Assembly (NCBI GenBank): GCA_963754925.1
Contig: CAVWHX010000004.1
Coordinates: 555,883 to 619,882 of the forward strand
From: an uncultured delta proteobacterium
Lineage (GTDB): Bacteria > Myxococcota > B64-G9
Reading direction: 5' to 3'
DNA length: 64,000 bases
Part shown: positions 62,189 through 64,000 of the stretch, piece by piece
How positions within the stretch are numbered: the stretch's first letter is position 1
How the letters are laid out: the number at the start of each line of letters is the position of its first letter
Notes under the pieces: generated by a model
Told to the model about the DNA's origin: nothing
The model's input: only the letters and a program-made list of their open reading frames with translations
The model's database searches: none
Translations under genes and position numbers: made by a program

Positions 62189-63417
62189 GGCGTTCCTCCA
62201 ACACCGGGCGCTTGAGCGTTTGGGCGTCCGTTGACCCGCTGAACTGAAACTTCATGCGGAAATTTTCGTTCGGGCGGCGTTGCCTGCGATGCGGCGTTTT
62301 TGTGAGGTGGTCCTGCATCCCGTTTGGACGGTAGCGGCAGCGGTCCCGGCGGCAGTCCCGCAACCGTATAGAGGTAGTGTTTCTGCTCTGACGTGCGCTG
62401 CGATACGAGTTGGCTTACATCCACAACCTGAGGGCTTTTCAACCATTCCTGGAAATCTTTTCCACTTTGCACGACATACCAAAACGGATCGCCTTTCGCC
62501 CAGGTTCCTTGGCCGGTGGTGCGTAACACAACGGTATGCTCGTCGAACGGCAACGCCAACATGTTCTGCTTGAACGCCTCCCCATAGGAAAAGTATCGCT
62601 CCGCGTTGGATAGGTAGAGCACCCGCACCGGTATGTTGGCGGTCTTCGCGGCCGCAGCGACGCTCTGAACCGCTTGCGTGGCGGTGAGGTCGCCGGGTAA
62701 CGTAAAAACACGGTTTTGCTCAAACAGAGTTACCAGGTACCGATACTGTTCCGGGTCGGTTAAGAAAAACGCCACCTTTTGATCCTTGAAATCATTAATC
62801 ATGACCGCCAAGCGGATTTCGATCTGACGGCGCACGGCCAAAAATAGTTTCCACAGGTGATCATAGGCGTCCTTTTCGGGATACGCTTGGGTGAAGATGT
62901 GCTCGACCTCTTTAATCGATTTCTTAGACCACAGCTTGATAAAGCTCTTGGGATCAGGCGCATTGAGGAACAGCAACCGATAGATAGCGTTGATATCGAC
63001 CACCATCTGATCAAAATCCATCAACACCATGACCTCTGGCCTCGACCAGCCGGCCAGGACGAAGTTCTGATCAGTGCCGACGCCGATATACACGCCGCCG
63101 AGCGGCTGCATAGCGTCGCGCCACACGTAGAGGAAGCGCTCGTTTGAGGTGGGGAAGTGAACATCGGCTGCGAGCCGTGGCGGCGGCGGATCCGGCTTCA
63201 GCGCCAGGAAAACCTTCAGCGCATTTTCAGACGGCCCGGCGGTGCCGGCATCCGGGGAGACGTCCGGAGCCGGCGTTGACGTCGGGGTGCGTGCGCTCGT
63301 TCCCGGTTCATTGTCGCAACCGAATGATCCCAGTAGCAATACCAGAAGCTCCCCCACCACGATCGCATTGCGTAGTGCCACACCACCTCCTCGTCCGGCG
63401 AAGGAGCGTTCATGCAA
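62185..63417 (-). CDS. hypothetical lipoprotein
   Basis: Hydrophobic stretch with lipobox SFGC; globular domain with TSNE, YIGVGTDQN and YLSNAE motifs; start uncertain. Confidence 0.7.
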   Translation of the reverse strand: MHERSFAGRGGGVALRNAIVVGELLVLLLGSFGCDNEPGTSARTPTSTPAPDVSPDAGTAGPSENALKVFLALKPDPPPPRLAADVHFPTSNERFLYVWRDAMQPLGGVYIGVGTDQNFVLAGWSRPEVMVLMDFDQMVVDINAIYRLLFLNAPDPKSFIKLWSKKSIKEVEHIFTQAYPEKDAYDHLWKLFLAVRRQIEIRLAVMINDFKDQKVAFFLTDPEQYRYLVTLFEQNRVFTLPGDLTATQAVQSVAAAAKTANIPVRVLYLSNAERYFSYGEAFKQNMLALPFDEHTVVLRTTGQGTWAKGDPFWYVVQSGKDFQEWLKSPQVVDVSQLVSQRTSEQKHYLYTVAGLPPGPLPLPSKRDAGPPHKNAASQATPPERKFPHEVSVQRVNGRPNAQAPGVGGTP

Positions 63418-63524
63418 CCTAACGCCGGGATATTAAATCAGAAAATCCCGCTGGTCAAGAAGTTGGACAACCATACAAAAAGTAAACGCTTACTATTTCA
63501 AGGATGCGAGCGAAATAGCACCCG

Positions 63525-64000
63525 TTACCACGACGCATCAACTAACAGATACGCATTGTGAACCAATTGATTTACCGCTGTCGTCGGACCGATGTACGTA
63601 CCGGTGTATTGGCGTTGCAGATACACATATCCCAGACGCAGGAACAGGTGATTGGGGACAAGCTGTTGAATCAGATAAACCTCGAACACATTCCCCTTAA
63701 CCGCCAATTTATTGATAAGGAGATCGGAGGGGGCGGAAAAAATAACGTGATACTTAGTTCCGCGATTGAACTCAAACCCTACCCTAAACGGGTAATCTCT
63801 GAAAAACGACCATAGCGTCTCTGGCAGCGAATAACGAAATCCGACAAATACGAATTCACCGTGATGGGGGCCTTTCTTTGCGTCATCAAATGAAGCAAGG
63901 CCAGCTGGATAGGGAAGATCTATATTCGAGGGCCAAGCAAAAGCTGGAGTTGGAGGATTGCCCGGTGAATATACAGTTAAACCATTTTGCGCAACCGGAA
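63525..64000 (-). CDS. C-terminal part of a DUF3373-like outer-membrane beta-barrel protein (5' end outside window)
   Basis: Frame is open from the window edge by manual translation; GFEFNRGTKY and KLAVKGNVFEVY motifs; alternating beta-strands and terminal Trp. Confidence 0.6.
   Translation of the reverse strand, partial: PVAQNGLTVYSPGNPPTPAFAWPSNIDLPYPAGLASFDDAKKGPHHGEFVFVGFRYSLPETLWSFFRDYPFRVGFEFNRGTKYHVIFSAPSDLLINKLAVKGNVFEVYLIQQLVPNHLFLRLGYVYLQRQYTGTYIGPTTAVNQLVHNAYLLVDASW

Overview
A mostly core-genome segment of a GC-rich deltaproteobacterial-type organism. It is most likely an anaerobic Myxococcota member: romR lies next to valS, there are a TIGR02266-type PilZ protein and myxobacterial Cys-rich repeats, an hdrCBA operon, and an F1-only atp cluster. 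Housekeeping genes include nadC, valS, lpxC, yebC-ruvCAB, mutM, atpHAGDC, glgA, rmuC, ggt, trmL and an RluC-like synthase. Five things stand out. (1) A family of about 9 dispersed 48-67 bp double-hairpin ('dumbbell') mini-elements with a co-varying 7-bp stem framed by TTA/TTA boxes. They insert at TTAGAG-like sites, occur in tandem and nested, supply the stop codons of four genes and sit in frame inside one small gene. (2) An AT-richer three-gene cassette (ParB/Srx-fold protein, PD-(D/E)xK-like protein, amino-MTase) that looks like a non-canonical defence system. (3) A putatively sigma54-driven operon in which a receiver-GcvH-like-receiver fusion precedes hdrCBA. (4) An acyl-CoA/acetylation operon with a Buk-Ptb fusion, a catalytically degenerate Acs-like protein, an ADP-forming ligase and a CoA-transferase-GNAT fusion. 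(5) A tandem array of three Cys-rich lipoproteins, the third interrupted by an apparently foreign FGE-sulfatase (CLec-type) module that orphaned its original C-terminus. No rRNA, tRNA, CRISPR array or transposase was recognised. All calls come from motif recognition by eye; no database searches were run.
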